A stretch of 48,007 bases of DNA. It comes from a virus (Duplodnaviria > Caudoviricetes). Below the pieces are notes generated by a model that saw only the letters and a program-made list of their open reading frames with translations, was not told the origin of the DNA and did no database searches. The first letter of the stretch is position 1. The number at the start of each line of letters is the position of its first letter. This document shows positions 19,724 through 29,973 of this stretch, one piece after another. Location: positions 1 to 48,007 of IMG/VR virus record IMGVR_UViG_3300022178_000593; one strand, 5' to 3'. The translations under genes were made by a program, and so were the position numbers.

Positions 19724-19926
19724 TTTTTCTCCTCTGAAATATCATCAGTTTGTGATTTCATGCTTTCAGCCAAGGCTTGCTGATACATATTCAGACTTGG
19801 CCTTAACTCGTCAATCTCAAATTGATGTTGATTTATTTTTGTTGACAAGCTTTGTATATGAGCTTGAAAACTTTTTTGTTCAGGCGTAAATTCTACCTCA
19901 ACATTATTTTTTTTGGCTTTTGCCAT
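19720..19926 (-). CDS. Small coiled-coil protein
   Basis: Start reassigned to MAKAKK after a GGAGG SD. Confidence 0.6.
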   Translation of the reverse strand: MAKAKKNNVEVEFTPEQKSFQAHIQSLSTKINQHQFEIDELRPSLNMYQQALAESMKSQTDDISEEKK

Positions 19927-20627
19927 TATTGCACCTCCTGGGGTGTTGGTTGTTGCACATCCCAACAGTTTAAGTTGGATGCGATGGTTCGTCTTTCTCC
20001 TTCACCTTTGAAGGGGTAGACCATGTGTTGTAACCAAGAAGGGAATACTAATAGTTTTCCTACTTCTGGAGTCATAACAAATGATTGAGCTGGTTTTAAT
20101 CTTTCACTATCTATAACGGAAACTTGTCCGTATTGAAATGCTATACAGCCGTCTGAATGTCCACTTTCGTTATATAGCGAATAAGTTGGTGATTGAGCAT
20201 TAACGTTACCTATTTGTGGTGGTACTTTAGTCCAGGCTGTTGTTGACATACCCATTAATGTTTTGGTGCCGTGATCGTGTATAGGATTGTAATCACCGTC
20301 ATAACTATGTACTGACCAAGTTTCGTCTATTGCTACTTGCTTCGGACCTTTAAGAGAGTTTTGCTTAGCAAAATTATTAATATACTCAACACCAAGGTTA
20401 CAGATAAAATTATTATACTCAACCATTCTTTTATCATTATGATCTAACAGTAACTGTTCTCCTTTATCTATTTGCCCTACTAAAGTATTAGCTAATGATT
20501 GTTTGTTTTTATCATGTTTATATTCGTCCATATAATCATTAACGCTATCAATCATATCTTGAGGCATTTGTGTTTCTAGCACATATACCGCAGGCATACT
20601 GTGCATCTGAAAAGGATGTCCGTCCAT
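19926..20627 (-). CDS. 2OG-Fe(II) oxygenase-like protein (TIGR02466-like)
   Basis: YNPIHDH, LLVFPSWLQHMVYPF and ERRTIASN motifs. Confidence 0.85.
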   Translation of the reverse strand: MDGHPFQMHSMPAVYVLETQMPQDMIDSVNDYMDEYKHDKNKQSLANTLVGQIDKGEQLLLDHNDKRMVEYNNFICNLGVEYINNFAKQNSLKGPKQVAIDETWSVHSYDGDYNPIHDHGTKTLMGMSTTAWTKVPPQIGNVNAQSPTYSLYNESGHSDGCIAFQYGQVSVIDSERLKPAQSFVMTPEVGKLLVFPSWLQHMVYPFKGEGERRTIASNLNCWDVQQPTPQEVQ

Positions 20628-20629
20628 AC

Positions 20630-20974
20630 TTAACTAGGAACGCTAAATGCTTGGTCTGGTGTGCTTTCAACTGGTGGGTTAGTTATAACGCTATCTACCT
20701 GACTAGCAAATATTGTATCCCATTTTGATACAGGGCATATAGCTACTAAGTTAGCATTAGACCAACTACCTTTAGCTTTTAGTGTAAAGTTAGTTGTTGT
20801 ACTACCGTCTGGATTAGTATCTGTTTGATTTACTGTAGTGCTAAAAGTAGTAGTATAGTAAGTGCTATCGCCCTCACTATCATTTTCATAAGTCATTTCT
20901 ATATTCCACTTATCTACTTTACTAGATGCATTTTCATAAGGTGTGCATTTAGTTATTGCTTTTGTTACTGCCAT
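20630..20974 (-). CDS. Tail-fibre-associated protein
   Basis: 114 aa, directly downstream of the tail fibre; assignment by position only. Confidence 0.4.
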   Translation of the reverse strand: MAVTKAITKCTPYENASSKVDKWNIEMTYENDSEGDSTYYTTTFSTTVNQTDTNPDGSTTTNFTLKAKGSWSNANLVAICPVSKWDTIFASQVDSVITNPPVESTPDQAFSVPS

Positions 20975-20975
20975 A

Positions 20976-23378
20976 TTATTCTCCTTTTAAAGTTTGTATT
21001 TCGGCTTTTAATTCATCTACTGTTGTAGACAGTTCTTTTACTGCGTTTACCAAGTACCAAGTTAGATTATCGTTGCTTACAGTTTTTACTCCTGTTGATT
21101 GTGTAGTAACCATTTCAGGTAAAATTTCTTCTATTTCTTGTGCTATAGCTCCTAGTTGTATTCCTTCTTTATATACAACTGCTGAAGCTGGATTGTCAAA
21201 ATCTACTATTTCTTCTAAAGTTCTATATTCAAAGTTTCTAACACGAATATCTTTTAGTTTATTTAAACCATCATTATTATCTGTTATGTTCTTTTTAATT
21301 CTTCTGTCAGAAGTTTGTGACCAAGCTGTTGCATTATTACCTTGAAATGCTCCGCCATTAGAACCAATCATAGATGTATTAGCTCCTTTACCTACTTGAG
21401 CTCTACCAATTACTACTTCATCAGAAACACCTACTGCACTTGGAGTTGCTACCATACCAACATAAGTGTTATTACTACCTGTTGTTAAAGCTGTAGTATA
21501 GTTACCTGCTCTTTGCCCTACAAAAATATTTTGGTTACCTGTAGTACAAGAACCACCAGCTTCATCACCAATTGCTGTATTTTCATAGCCTGTTGTGCAA
21601 TCGTTTAGAGCATTAAACCCAATACCTGTATTATTAGTTGCTGTAGTAGTTGAACTTAAAGCACCAGCACCAACTGCTGTATGTGAAGTACCTGTAGTGT
21701 TTGCACCAAGGGCTTGATAGCCAACTGCTGTATTATCAGAAGCTGTGGTAATTGCATCTCCTGCATCTACTCCAATAATGACACTTCTAGCTGCTGTAGT
21801 TGCTGCAGTAAAACTATTATATCCAACTGAAACATTAGCTGAACCAGTTGTTAAATTTGCTGCTGATGTATGCCCTAAAGCTGTGTTGTTATCCCCTGTA
21901 GTACAGTCTGTTAATGCTTCAACACCAAGTGCTGTATTTCTAGTACCAGTTGTATTAGCATCTAAGGCAAAAGCACCTACTGCTGTAACTTGGTCACCTG
22001 TAGTATTCAATTTCAATGCTTGATAACCTACTGCTGTGTTGCTAGAAGCGGTGGTATTTTCTTTTAATGATTCAAAACCAACAGCCGTATTATTACTTGC
22101 GGTTGTATTATTGTTTAATGCTTCAGTACCTATTGCTGTGTTATTACCACCTGTAGTATTTGCACCAGATGAGCCTTGACCTATAGATACGTTATTCGCA
22201 CCTGTAGTATTAGAACCCAAAGCACTATAACCAAGGGCAGAATTATTGTTTGCTGTTGTATTAGCATCTAAAGCAGCATAACCAACTGCTACATTATTTG
22301 CACCTGTAGTGTTTGCTTCTAAAGCACTTCTACCAACTGCTGTATTATTGTCTGCTGTTGTATTAGCTGATAATGCACTTGCACCAATTGCTGTATTTGC
22401 ATCACCAGTAGTGTTTCCTGTTAATGCGTCTGCACCAATTCCCGTATTTACAGTACCTTCGGTGTTTGCATCAAGTGATTGATAACCGACTGCTGTATTA
22501 AAGTTAGCTGTAGTGTTTTGATATAAAGCATTTTCACCTATAGCAGTATTAGCACCACCTGTAGTGTTGCTAAGTAATGCTCTCGCACCTATACCTGTAT
22601 TATTTGAACCTGTAGTTAAAACTGTAAGTGCTTTAAAACCTATAGCAGTATTATCATCACCGCTTGTTAAATCATCAAATGCTTCAAAACCTAATCCCGT
22701 ATTATTAGATGCTGTAGATAAAGTGCCTGTACCTGCATCATTACTGATAAGAATACCATTAGAGAAGTTAGTGATATTAGAAATAATACCTACGCCATTG
22801 ATTGTGCTTGAACCTGTAATAGCTCCGTCAACTTGTAGTGTAGAAGCCATATCTACAGCACCATCTATATCTACTACATCTAGGTTAGTAGTACCATCTA
22901 CGTCTATATCGCCTGAAATGTCTAGTGAGGTTGCTGTTAAAGCACCAACATTAAGACTAGCAAAAGCATCAACGACTGCTGCTCCGCTTCCTGCTCCGTC
23001 TGAATAAACTACTTTTACATCCCCTGGTGGAATAGTAATATTAGCTCCACTACCTTGGGAGATAATAATATTCTGAGATCCAGAAGTACCGTTTTCTATA
23101 AACCACATTTTGCTTATGGTGTTAGGGCCAATAGTAATAGTACAAGCTGAATCAAGAGTACCTGTATATTTAAGGTACATTGATCTTCCTGGATCAGTTG
23201 CTCCGTCAGCTATAGTTGTAGTGTGTGTATCAGCGTTAGTTGTTATAGCCTCAGTGCCAAAACTAAATGCTTCTGCGATTAATTCTAAATTAGTGTTGGT
23301 TGTGGCTCCCCATGTTCCTGACTGATCACCAGTACCAATTTCCTCAAGTCTTAAATCATTTACGTATGTTGATGCCAT
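20976..23378 (-). CDS. Tail fibre/spike with 14-aa beta-roll repeats and S74 intramolecular chaperone
   Basis: Many NTAVGxxAL repeats; C-terminal SDRRIKKNI...GAIAQE...LVNAVKEL plus coiled coil. Confidence 0.88.
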   Translation of the reverse strand: MASTYVNDLRLEEIGTGDQSGTWGATTNTNLELIAEAFSFGTEAITTNADTHTTTIADGATDPGRSMYLKYTGTLDSACTITIGPNTISKMWFIENGTSGSQNIIISQGSGANITIPPGDVKVVYSDGAGSGAAVVDAFASLNVGALTATSLDISGDIDVDGTTNLDVVDIDGAVDMASTLQVDGAITGSSTINGVGIISNITNFSNGILISNDAGTGTLSTASNNTGLGFEAFDDLTSGDDNTAIGFKALTVLTTGSNNTGIGARALLSNTTGGANTAIGENALYQNTTANFNTAVGYQSLDANTEGTVNTGIGADALTGNTTGDANTAIGASALSANTTADNNTAVGRSALEANTTGANNVAVGYAALDANTTANNNSALGYSALGSNTTGANNVSIGQGSSGANTTGGNNTAIGTEALNNNTTASNNTAVGFESLKENTTASSNTAVGYQALKLNTTGDQVTAVGAFALDANTTGTRNTALGVEALTDCTTGDNNTALGHTSAANLTTGSANVSVGYNSFTAATTAARSVIIGVDAGDAITTASDNTAVGYQALGANTTGTSHTAVGAGALSSTTTATNNTGIGFNALNDCTTGYENTAIGDEAGGSCTTGNQNIFVGQRAGNYTTALTTGSNNTYVGMVATPSAVGVSDEVVIGRAQVGKGANTSMIGSNGGAFQGNNATAWSQTSDRRIKKNITDNNDGLNKLKDIRVRNFEYRTLEEIVDFDNPASAVVYKEGIQLGAIAQEIEEILPEMVTTQSTGVKTVSNDNLTWYLVNAVKELSTTVDELKAEIQTLKGE

Positions 23379-23393
23379 TTTATATTCCTCTTA

Positions 23394-24155
23394 TTAAGCT
23401 ACTTCTTCCCAACTAGGAGTTTGTGTTTCATTATTTTTAGCAAAGGATGAACTTTGGTCAGTATTTATATTAGCATAATTTTTAGTTTGTGTATCATCTA
23501 TTAGTCCCCACACTAATACGCTTCCTACTGATCCAATGGCCTCAACGCCTATAGGAACAACATTTGCTTTAGCTATAATTATTATTGATCCAACTGATCC
23601 TGTGCTAGATACACCATCAATATTAAACTGTTCGTTATGGTGTACGGTTACAGATCCAACAGCAGATGTTCCAACGACTCCCGATATTATTACATTTGCT
23701 TCTCCATCAACATCAACACCAACCCCGCCAACAGATCCAACTGCCCCTGGTGCATTTGCAACTGCGTCTCCATTAACACCAACTCCTCCTATAGCAGTTG
23801 TCCCAACTTGAGAGCTAGGAACTATATTGGCTTTTGCAACAATAGATATTGATCCTACAGCACTCGTACCAGATTGACCAGTTACGTTTATATTAGCTTT
23901 TGCTATGGTTGTAGGAGTGCCTAGTGCAGAAGTTGCAGATTGACCTGTTGCACTTACATTGGCTTCACAATCGAGAGTAGGAGTTCCTACTGCTGTAGTA
24001 CCTACTTGACTTGCTGGAATTATATTAGCTTTCGCTACAATAGTTAAAGAACCAACAGCACTTGTTGCTGCTATTCCTGTGAGGGTAACTGGATTGGGTT
24101 CACCCCAGGTATTGGAACCCCAAGCTCCTCTACCCCAACCAGTTATATTAGCCAT
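23394..24155 (-). CDS. Repeat-rich virion/tail protein
   Basis: GWG..WG N-terminus and repeated A/S-VG-S/T..V.AKAN beta units. Confidence 0.55.
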   Translation of the reverse strand: MANITGWGRGAWGSNTWGEPNPVTLTGIAATSAVGSLTIVAKANIIPASQVGTTAVGTPTLDCEANVSATGQSATSALGTPTTIAKANINVTGQSGTSAVGSISIVAKANIVPSSQVGTTAIGGVGVNGDAVANAPGAVGSVGGVGVDVDGEANVIISGVVGTSAVGSVTVHHNEQFNIDGVSSTGSVGSIIIIAKANVVPIGVEAIGSVGSVLVWGLIDDTQTKNYANINTDQSSSFAKNNETQTPSWEEVA

Positions 24156-24167
24156 TCTCGGCTAACC

Positions 24168-24596
24168 TTAAGCTATTCTTATAATAGCTGTACTTGCTGC
24201 TGCTGCTGGAAAAACTATAGTGAAATCACCTGCGGTAGAAGTTTTATCTCCACCAAAGTCAATAGTTGCTACTGATCTGTCAGCGTTTGTGTCGTTATAG
24301 ATCATGCAACCTCTTGCAGTAATCGTAGCAGTACCAAAAGTTAAGTCAGCAAAATCAGTAAAGCCTGTAGTTCCACTAGATGTAGGATTTATATTAGTTA
24401 ATGCGGCTCCACCAGATGTATAGTTAGTTCCAGTAGCTTGACCAGTTGTAGTAAAAGCAGTTGTTGCTGCACCTAAAGTAGCTGAACTTGTGTATAGAGC
24501 TAGTTTAAAAGAGTTGCCTCCTGATGCTAAAAAATTATGTTTAGCTTCTAAAAGTTCCTTTTTAAAGCTGGTTGTCAATGTTGATGTTATTGCCAT
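24168..24596 (-). CDS. Virion structural protein (tail-associated)
   Basis: MAITS...SFKKELL, FKLALYTS and DFGGDKTST.G.FTI.FP pattern common in phage structural modules. Confidence 0.6.
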   Translation of the reverse strand: MAITSTLTTSFKKELLEAKHNFLASGGNSFKLALYTSSATLGAATTAFTTTGQATGTNYTSGGAALTNINPTSSGTTGFTDFADLTFGTATITARGCMIYNDTNADRSVATIDFGGDKTSTAGDFTIVFPAAAASTAIIRIA

Positions 24597-24597
24597 A

Positions 24598-24897
24598 TTA
24601 AATACCTTTAATTATTTTTGCTATATCTTCGCTACCTTGACTAGATAAATCTTGTATCAAAGTGGCTTTATAAGATTTTAAAGCATTTTTTATATAAATC
24701 AAACAAACCTTGTAAATCATGTCTCTATAGGCTCTAGCTTGTTCTTGTATATATGGATCTTGACTTTCACTGTTACTTACTATTTTTTCAACAAGCCTTT
24801 CTGCCCAGAACTCTGGTGGATGACCACCATACTGGGTTGTAGCAATTTCTACCATACCTAATTGTGGCAATCCATCGGGTGTAATTTTAACTACCAT
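24598..24897 (-). CDS. Hypothetical protein
   Basis: 99 aa, in operon; TT..GH.PEFWA motif. Confidence 0.55.
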   Translation of the reverse strand: MVVKITPDGLPQLGMVEIATTQYGGHPPEFWAERLVEKIVSNSESQDPYIQEQARAYRDMIYKVCLIYIKNALKSYKATLIQDLSSQGSEDIAKIIKGI

Positions 24898-25619
24898 TCT
24901 TTTGGTTCTTGTAAATGTGAGTCATATCTATCTGCTAATTTATATTTAGGTTCATCTTTATTTGTATTTGTATTGCTTTTTTTAGTAGCACAAAGAGAAC
25001 CATTTTGATCTACTGAAACAACTAAAGGATCTTTTAATCTATGATACCCATATAGCTTTTCATCAAGAGGAACACAAGTATCTAATAAACCACTAGAAGA
25101 TGCTACTTCAACTTGAATGCCAGCATTCATACATTTGCCTAACCAAAACTCTACAGAAGCTCTACCAGATTCTGCAAAATGTAAGTTACCTTTGTAAGTA
25201 AAATCAATGCCAAACATTTTTATAGTTCCTACCTTATTCCACAAAGCAAAAGCTACTGCGTATGCAACTGTGTTGTTTAAGTAATAACAATCAGTATCCT
25301 TTAAAACTTCGTGTATTGGGTATTCTACTAATCCTGGTGCACGATCATCTAACTCGCACGTATATATAGGCCCTTTATGATTTTTTAAAACCTCTAGCAT
25401 TCCATGTGTTTGATTGCCTGCATTGTCAGTATCAAAGAATCTACTTGCAGGATCCATCATAAATACTCGATCATGGTATATAACAGAAGCAACAGCGTTT
25501 ATCACCCATACTTCGTCAAAGTGAACTCCATGTGATTTTGCTACACAGTAATCAAACCAACTCTTGCCAAGACCGACAATAGCTATAGTTTTACCTTTTA
25601 GATTTTCTACTCTCTCCAT
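24891..25619 (-). CDS. Rossmann-like transferase (sialyltransferase/MAF_flag10-like fold)
   Basis: TIAIVGLGKS, WVIN, NTVAYAVAFA and MFGIDF motif order. Confidence 0.45.
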   Translation of the reverse strand: MERVENLKGKTIAIVGLGKSWFDYCVAKSHGVHFDEVWVINAVASVIYHDRVFMMDPASRFFDTDNAGNQTHGMLEVLKNHKGPIYTCELDDRAPGLVEYPIHEVLKDTDCYYLNNTVAYAVAFALWNKVGTIKMFGIDFTYKGNLHFAESGRASVEFWLGKCMNAGIQVEVASSSGLLDTCVPLDEKLYGYHRLKDPLVVSVDQNGSLCATKKSNTNTNKDEPKYKLADRYDSHLQEPKEW

Positions 25620-25630
25620 CTTCTCTCTCC

Positions 25631-26305
25631 TTAAGTGGTGGCGTTTCTAATAGAATCGTAACGATATTCGTCTTTTCTTCCTCTAGCCTCCGCTTTGTTT
25701 TTTAGTCTTGCAGTTTCTTGTTGAAATCTATTTTCATATAAAGCTAAAAGATCAGTATCGCCTTTCATAAAAGTATATGCTTCATATAAACATCCATATA
25801 ACAATGCGTTTCTAGCATTTTGTGATAACCATGTTCCTGTTGTATCAGTCACTAGACTATTAGGTTTGTATAAGTAATGTAACTCTACTGAATAATCTGC
25901 ATCTGGTATTGGTGCTACAATTAATGTAGATCCATTATTTGAAGCAGTAGATAGTTCTTTATCAAAATCTCCATAATATTTTGGCAATCCTCTTAATGAT
26001 GTGTCTGTAGGATCAGGAGTATATTCTCTCATAAAGCTTGCATGTTTTTTTTCTAAGTAATGATAATCACCACTAGCGTCTATAACAGCTAGTGAAAAAC
26101 TTAAATTAAAATCTGTGGGTGCTGTTAAATATGTATTTCCAGTTGTTAAAGTACCTGTTACATTTTTTCTAAAAAAATCAAACTGTATTAATTCAAATAA
26201 TCTTTCTTCTGTATTCTTGATCATATCGTCAAGAGTAGCTACAAAAGTAGTCTCTTCGTTTTGTACGTAATTTTTAATTAATGTTTTTAACTCTGATAAT
26301 GTCAT
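25631..26305 (-). CDS. Head-tail adaptor / tail tubular protein A-like
   Basis: 224 aa; PKYY, AP.PD..Y.VELHY and LLYG.L.EA motifs; position in the module. Confidence 0.6.
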   Translation of the reverse strand: MTLSELKTLIKNYVQNEETTFVATLDDMIKNTEERLFELIQFDFFRKNVTGTLTTGNTYLTAPTDFNLSFSLAVIDASGDYHYLEKKHASFMREYTPDPTDTSLRGLPKYYGDFDKELSTASNNGSTLIVAPIPDADYSVELHYLYKPNSLVTDTTGTWLSQNARNALLYGCLYEAYTFMKGDTDLLALYENRFQQETARLKNKAEARGRKDEYRYDSIRNATT

Positions 26306-26634
26306 ACTGTTATTGTAACCTCGCCAAGAGAACCTGTCATTTCATATCCTAATATCTTAGATCCTATAGGATCAGATGTCATTGAAGAATTAGAATTACC
26401 ATCATTTGTGTAAACAGCTCCATCTCCTAATTCTACATCATTATTAGGTCTAGGTTTATATAAAGCTTCTGCATCTGATACGTGTGGTAATGGCTCAAGC
26501 TGTGGATGTTTAGGTTCAAAACAATCTCTACATGTTTTTAAACCGTTCCATTCTTCTCTTAGTTGTGACAGCTTGTATTCAAATCCACATCTATCGCAAA
26601 GAGCTCTTGCAAATTTACCAGCTGCGTAAGCCAT
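26302..26634 (-). CDS. Zn-ribbon phage protein
   Basis: CDRCG...CRDC..PKHPQL. Confidence 0.6.
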   Translation of the reverse strand: MAYAAGKFARALCDRCGFEYKLSQLREEWNGLKTCRDCFEPKHPQLEPLPHVSDAEALYKPRPNNDVELGDGAVYTNDGNSNSSMTSDPIGSKILGYEMTGSLGEVTITV

Positions 26635-26635
26635 T

Positions 26636-27310
26636 TTAGTATCCGTGTCTTAAGTATGGTGCAATTCTAAATGAAGCACTATCTTCGTCTTGAGATAGAG
26701 CTCTTTCAAATTCATCTTCATACATTTGCTTTAACATAACAACTCTTTCTGGTGCTTTCTTAATAGCTATGTAATAAGCAAGACCAGCAGCGAAGCAAGG
26801 AAAAAACCTAAAAGGCATATCCATTGTATTTGTGGCGGTGTCGGCATCATCCATTCTCACTAGTTTATTAAAGACTAATACATCTGTACTATTCTCTGGC
26901 GTAGGCCATATATTTAAAACAGGACTTACTTGTTTATCAAGAAAGAACTGAGTAGGTCTAGCTTCAGTAGACTTGGTTGGAATATTTAGATATTCACTTC
27001 TGCTGATCTTAGACATTTGTAAATCAAGGTTAGTTCCATCAGTATCTCTTCTAATGGAGCAATCTAATATATCAATAACATTAGAGTTTAAAGTATATTG
27101 GTTAGTGCCTTTAGTAACTGTTTGAGTTGTCTGTTCTATAGTCCATTGATTAAGACCACGGTTAGCCCATTCAGCTAACATAAGATTAATAGATCTTTTT
27201 GCTGTTTTTAGATCATAACCAGTACGAAGTTCTAATCCACATCTTTCAAATGCTTCTTCTATAAACTCAGTTACATCTGGCTCAAAGTTTGTACTACTTG
27301 ATGTTGTCAT
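26636..27310 (-). CDS. Head-completion/adaptor protein (P22 gp4-like)
   Basis: IEEAFERCG, A.RSINLMLAEWANRG.N.W and GLAYYIA motifs. Confidence 0.6.
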   Translation of the reverse strand: MTTSSSTNFEPDVTEFIEEAFERCGLELRTGYDLKTAKRSINLMLAEWANRGLNQWTIEQTTQTVTKGTNQYTLNSNVIDILDCSIRRDTDGTNLDLQMSKISRSEYLNIPTKSTEARPTQFFLDKQVSPVLNIWPTPENSTDVLVFNKLVRMDDADTATNTMDMPFRFFPCFAAGLAYYIAIKKAPERVVMLKQMYEDEFERALSQDEDSASFRIAPYLRHGY

Positions 27311-27991
27311 TTAATCTTCCTCTGAAGCATATAAATTATTAAATGTTATGTTCGGATCCATATAACTCTCATGTTGTTCTGCTGAATGCGTCCATTGAGA
27401 AGGCATAAAGTCTGGTGCTCCTTCTCCAACACGCCATAAAGCAGGGTTTGTAGCTCTTACTCTGTTATTAGGTAAAGCTACAAAGTTACCAGTATACTCA
27501 CCAGCGTCTGTTAAATATAACACATGTGATTGCTTATGTTGAGCAGAATCATCAGCTATTGAATTTTCTGTATAATCTACTGTAAATAAATATTTTCCTG
27601 TATAAAACTCTCCACCTATTTTACATATCCAAGGAGATGAACTAACCCTATCTAAAACTACAACAGAATGATGATGGCTTAGACAATCCCATGGTTGAGC
27701 TAAATGATCTTCCATAGGAGAAGGCCATTCTTTTAATGGTATATCTGCTACTAAAGCTTGAATAGGCATTCTTGCCCACATAGCACCGCCATGAACATTA
27801 GGTGCATCTTCTTCGTTATCTATTTCGCAACCTGTAAAGACTACTTGAAACGATAAGGATCTATCTGGAATGGTATTAACAGCTATAACAAGAGCATGTA
27901 AATACTCTCCGTGATAATTACTATGGTTGGCTGTAAACTCTTTTCTCACCCAGCATTTAAACTGCGGGATGTTTGAAATTAAATATGACAA
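27311..27991 (-). CDS. Hypothetical phage protein
   Basis: TTG start with AGGAGAG SD; GA.WAR.PI, QPWDC, Y.FTVD and PNNR segments. Confidence 0.6.
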   Translation of the reverse strand: MSYLISNIPQFKCWVRKEFTANHSNYHGEYLHALVIAVNTIPDRSLSFQVVFTGCEIDNEEDAPNVHGGAMWARMPIQALVADIPLKEWPSPMEDHLAQPWDCLSHHHSVVVLDRVSSSPWICKIGGEFYTGKYLFTVDYTENSIADDSAQHKQSHVLYLTDAGEYTGNFVALPNNRVRATNPALWRVGEGAPDFMPSQWTHSAEQHESYMDPNITFNNLYASEED

Positions 27992-28024
27992 AACACTCTC
28001 TCCTTTGTTTTTGTAAAAAATTTA

Positions 28025-28216
28025 TTATACTTTTCCGCCTTTAGACATGTACTTAGTACCCTTCATAGCTCCACCTTTTGCCATATATTTAGTGCCTTTC
28101 ATTGCTCCGCCCTTAGACATGTACTTAGTACCTTTAGAAGCTGATCCGCCTTTGGACATATACTTAGTGCCTTTAACCATACCACCATTAGCATAGCCTT
28201 TGGTTTTTTTAAACAT
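28025..28216 (-). CDS. Small basic tandem-repeat protein (KGTKYMxKGG, 4 copies)
   Basis: Degenerate tandem repeat of about 36 bp visible in both DNA and protein. Confidence 0.7.
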   Translation of the reverse strand: MFKKTKGYANGGMVKGTKYMSKGGSASKGTKYMSKGGAMKGTKYMAKGGAMKGTKYMSKGGKV

Positions 28217-28225
28217 AATTTACTC

Positions 28226-28546
28226 CTATGAATATTTAGTTTTTTTTCTTCTATTGTTCATTACTTTACCACAACCTCTTGCAATCTTTCTAACCTCTCC
28301 GCCATTCTTAAAAGATACTTTAGCTTTCTTTGTGTTAGCAACAACAGTTTTTCCTCTAGCTCCAGCTGCTTTCTTTTTTCTAGCAGTTTTTGCTCTTTCT
28401 GATTTACTTAAACTTTGTGCTTTTGCTCTTGGTAAACAACGATCTGGATTTTTTTTATTTTCGCTTGTACCACATTTACCTTTAATAGATCCATCTGTGC
28501 CTATACGAACCCAGTCTTGATTAACCCATTCTTTTAATTTGCCCAT
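28226..28546 (-). CDS. Small basic protein
   Basis: L..W..QDWV, CG, CLP..KA, FKNGG and RGCGKV motifs. Confidence 0.65.
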   Translation of the reverse strand: MGKLKEWVNQDWVRIGTDGSIKGKCGTSENKKNPDRCLPRAKAQSLSKSERAKTARKKKAAGARGKTVVANTKKAKVSFKNGGEVRKIARGCGKVMNNRRKKTKYS

Positions 28547-28749
28547 TAAAATCTTTGCCTGTCTTGTCTAGCCTGTCTGCCTCCACCTACAAGTCCGCCA
28601 TCTTTCATTTTCTTTGGTTTCTTTTTTGATCCTTTGGCATAGTTTGGATCTTTACAATACTTAGACGCAGCCATGTTTGCATAAGCTGAGGGATATGTAT
28701 CAAATGTTCTTTTAGCCCATGCTTTTCCTTTCGGACATATTTTAGCCAT
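28546..28749 (-). CDS. Small basic protein
   Basis: Start MAKICPKG (TAATG coupling); YPSAYAN motif; MKDGG. Confidence 0.65.
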   Translation of the reverse strand: MAKICPKGKAWAKRTFDTYPSAYANMAASKYCKDPNYAKGSKKKPKKMKDGGLVGGGRQARQDRQRF

Positions 28750-29051
28750 TAGCACTTCCACCTTCGTCTTGCTTGACGTATTCTTGAATTTGGATCATTT
28801 CTTGTTTTAGCAGAGCTACGCTTTAATTGTCCTGCTGATCTTGCACAATAAGACTTGCGTCTTTTTGCGGCTTTGCTACCTTTTTTAACTTTGCCTGTTA
28901 CGGCTGTTTTTAATTTACTACCAGGATTTTTAGCTCTATAAGCTTTGACTCCTTTTTTAGTCATACCAGCCCCACTTTTGGTGGGGCGGTAATTAGCTGA
29001 TTTACCTTTGGTAGTTCTTCGTATTGGTTTAGATTTTGCTCTTGTAGCCAT
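28749..29051 (-). CDS. Small basic protein
   Basis: GMT.KG...YR..NPGSKLK, RRKSYCAR and terminal WKC. Confidence 0.7.
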   Translation of the reverse strand: MATRAKSKPIRRTTKGKSANYRPTKSGAGMTKKGVKAYRAKNPGSKLKTAVTGKVKKGSKAAKRRKSYCARSAGQLKRSSAKTRNDPNSRIRQARRRWKC

Positions 29052-29054
29052 TCA

Positions 29055-29456
29055 TTAATAGTTTTTTACCATCTCTAAAATGATATGGTAGGAATCGCCA
29101 CTACTATGACCAACAGTAGTAAAATCAATATCTCCAGTTACTCCTGATCCTGCATTATTTGGTATGCCTGTAAATGAATCATAATACTCATCTCCAGTAG
29201 CATCTGATGGTATGTGTGTAAGTAAAACATTTGTTGAAGCATCAAACTCCAACTTAACACTCATGCCAACAGTCATCCACCAAATTTTTGCAATACTTAC
29301 AGAAGTACAAGCTTGACCAGAGGAGTTAGCACTTAAAGCTGAAACATCAACTTTTTTAACAGCAGCTTCACCACTGCCATCGCTGACATTAGTAAACCGC
29401 ATAATTGCTTTCCTATCGGTATCTTGTATGGTTTGAGAAGTTACTGCATCTGCCAT
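29055..29456 (-). CDS. Putative virion protein
   Basis: 133 aa, beta-rich, downstream of the capsid gene; GGAG SD. Confidence 0.5.
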   Translation of the reverse strand: MADAVTSQTIQDTDRKAIMRFTNVSDGSGEAAVKKVDVSALSANSSGQACTSVSIAKIWWMTVGMSVKLEFDASTNVLLTHIPSDATGDEYYDSFTGIPNNAGSGVTGDIDFTTVGHSSGDSYHIILEMVKNY

Positions 29457-29466
29457 AATCTACTCC

Positions 29467-29973
29467 TTATGCGTCAGCAAATGGTGTTACTAAAGTTCCT
29501 GATCCTAAAATAATACCTTCTACAGCATACTTAGCAGAAGCCATAGCAGTTACTTTTACAATACTACCAACTAATCCACCTTTAGTTGATCCATTCATAG
29601 TAATAACATCATTAGATGCAGCTGAAATAAAAGTTTTACCAGTATTGTCATCTACGCCTGTATATACCCCACCAACAAACTTATCTGTTCCATCAGTTAG
29701 AATGTCCATATCTGTAGCTGCGGTTTCTACAACAAAGAAGAAAGAAGCTCCTAAATTATTTAACTGATTTGGATCTGTGTTATCTCCAGGATCTGTTGAA
29801 ACAATACTAGGTAAAGTAAATTTACCATCTGCATCGTTACAAGTAAGAATTTTACCTGCATGAGAGTCTACTGTTAATGTAGTGTCAGCCGTTAAGCTAA
29901 CTACGTTTGCATTACCTGCCGAAATAAATCCTGCTAAAGATTTTATTGGGCCTGAAAAAGTGCTTTTTGCCAT
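29467..29973 (-). CDS. Putative capsid decoration/head fibre protein
   Basis: MAKSTFSGPI N-terminus; first gene after the MCP terminator. Confidence 0.5.
   Translation of the reverse strand: MAKSTFSGPIKSLAGFISAGNANVVSLTADTTLTVDSHAGKILTCNDADGKFTLPSIVSTDPGDNTDPNQLNNLGASFFFVVETAATDMDILTDGTDKFVGGVYTGVDDNTGKTFISAASNDVITMNGSTKGGLVGSIVKVTAMASAKYAVEGIILGSGTLVTPFADA

Noticed and set aside
20976-23378. Diversity-generating retroelement or invertible segment at the tail fibre
   Set aside because: No reverse transcriptase, invertase or template repeat seen; the repeats are ordinary 14-aa structural units.
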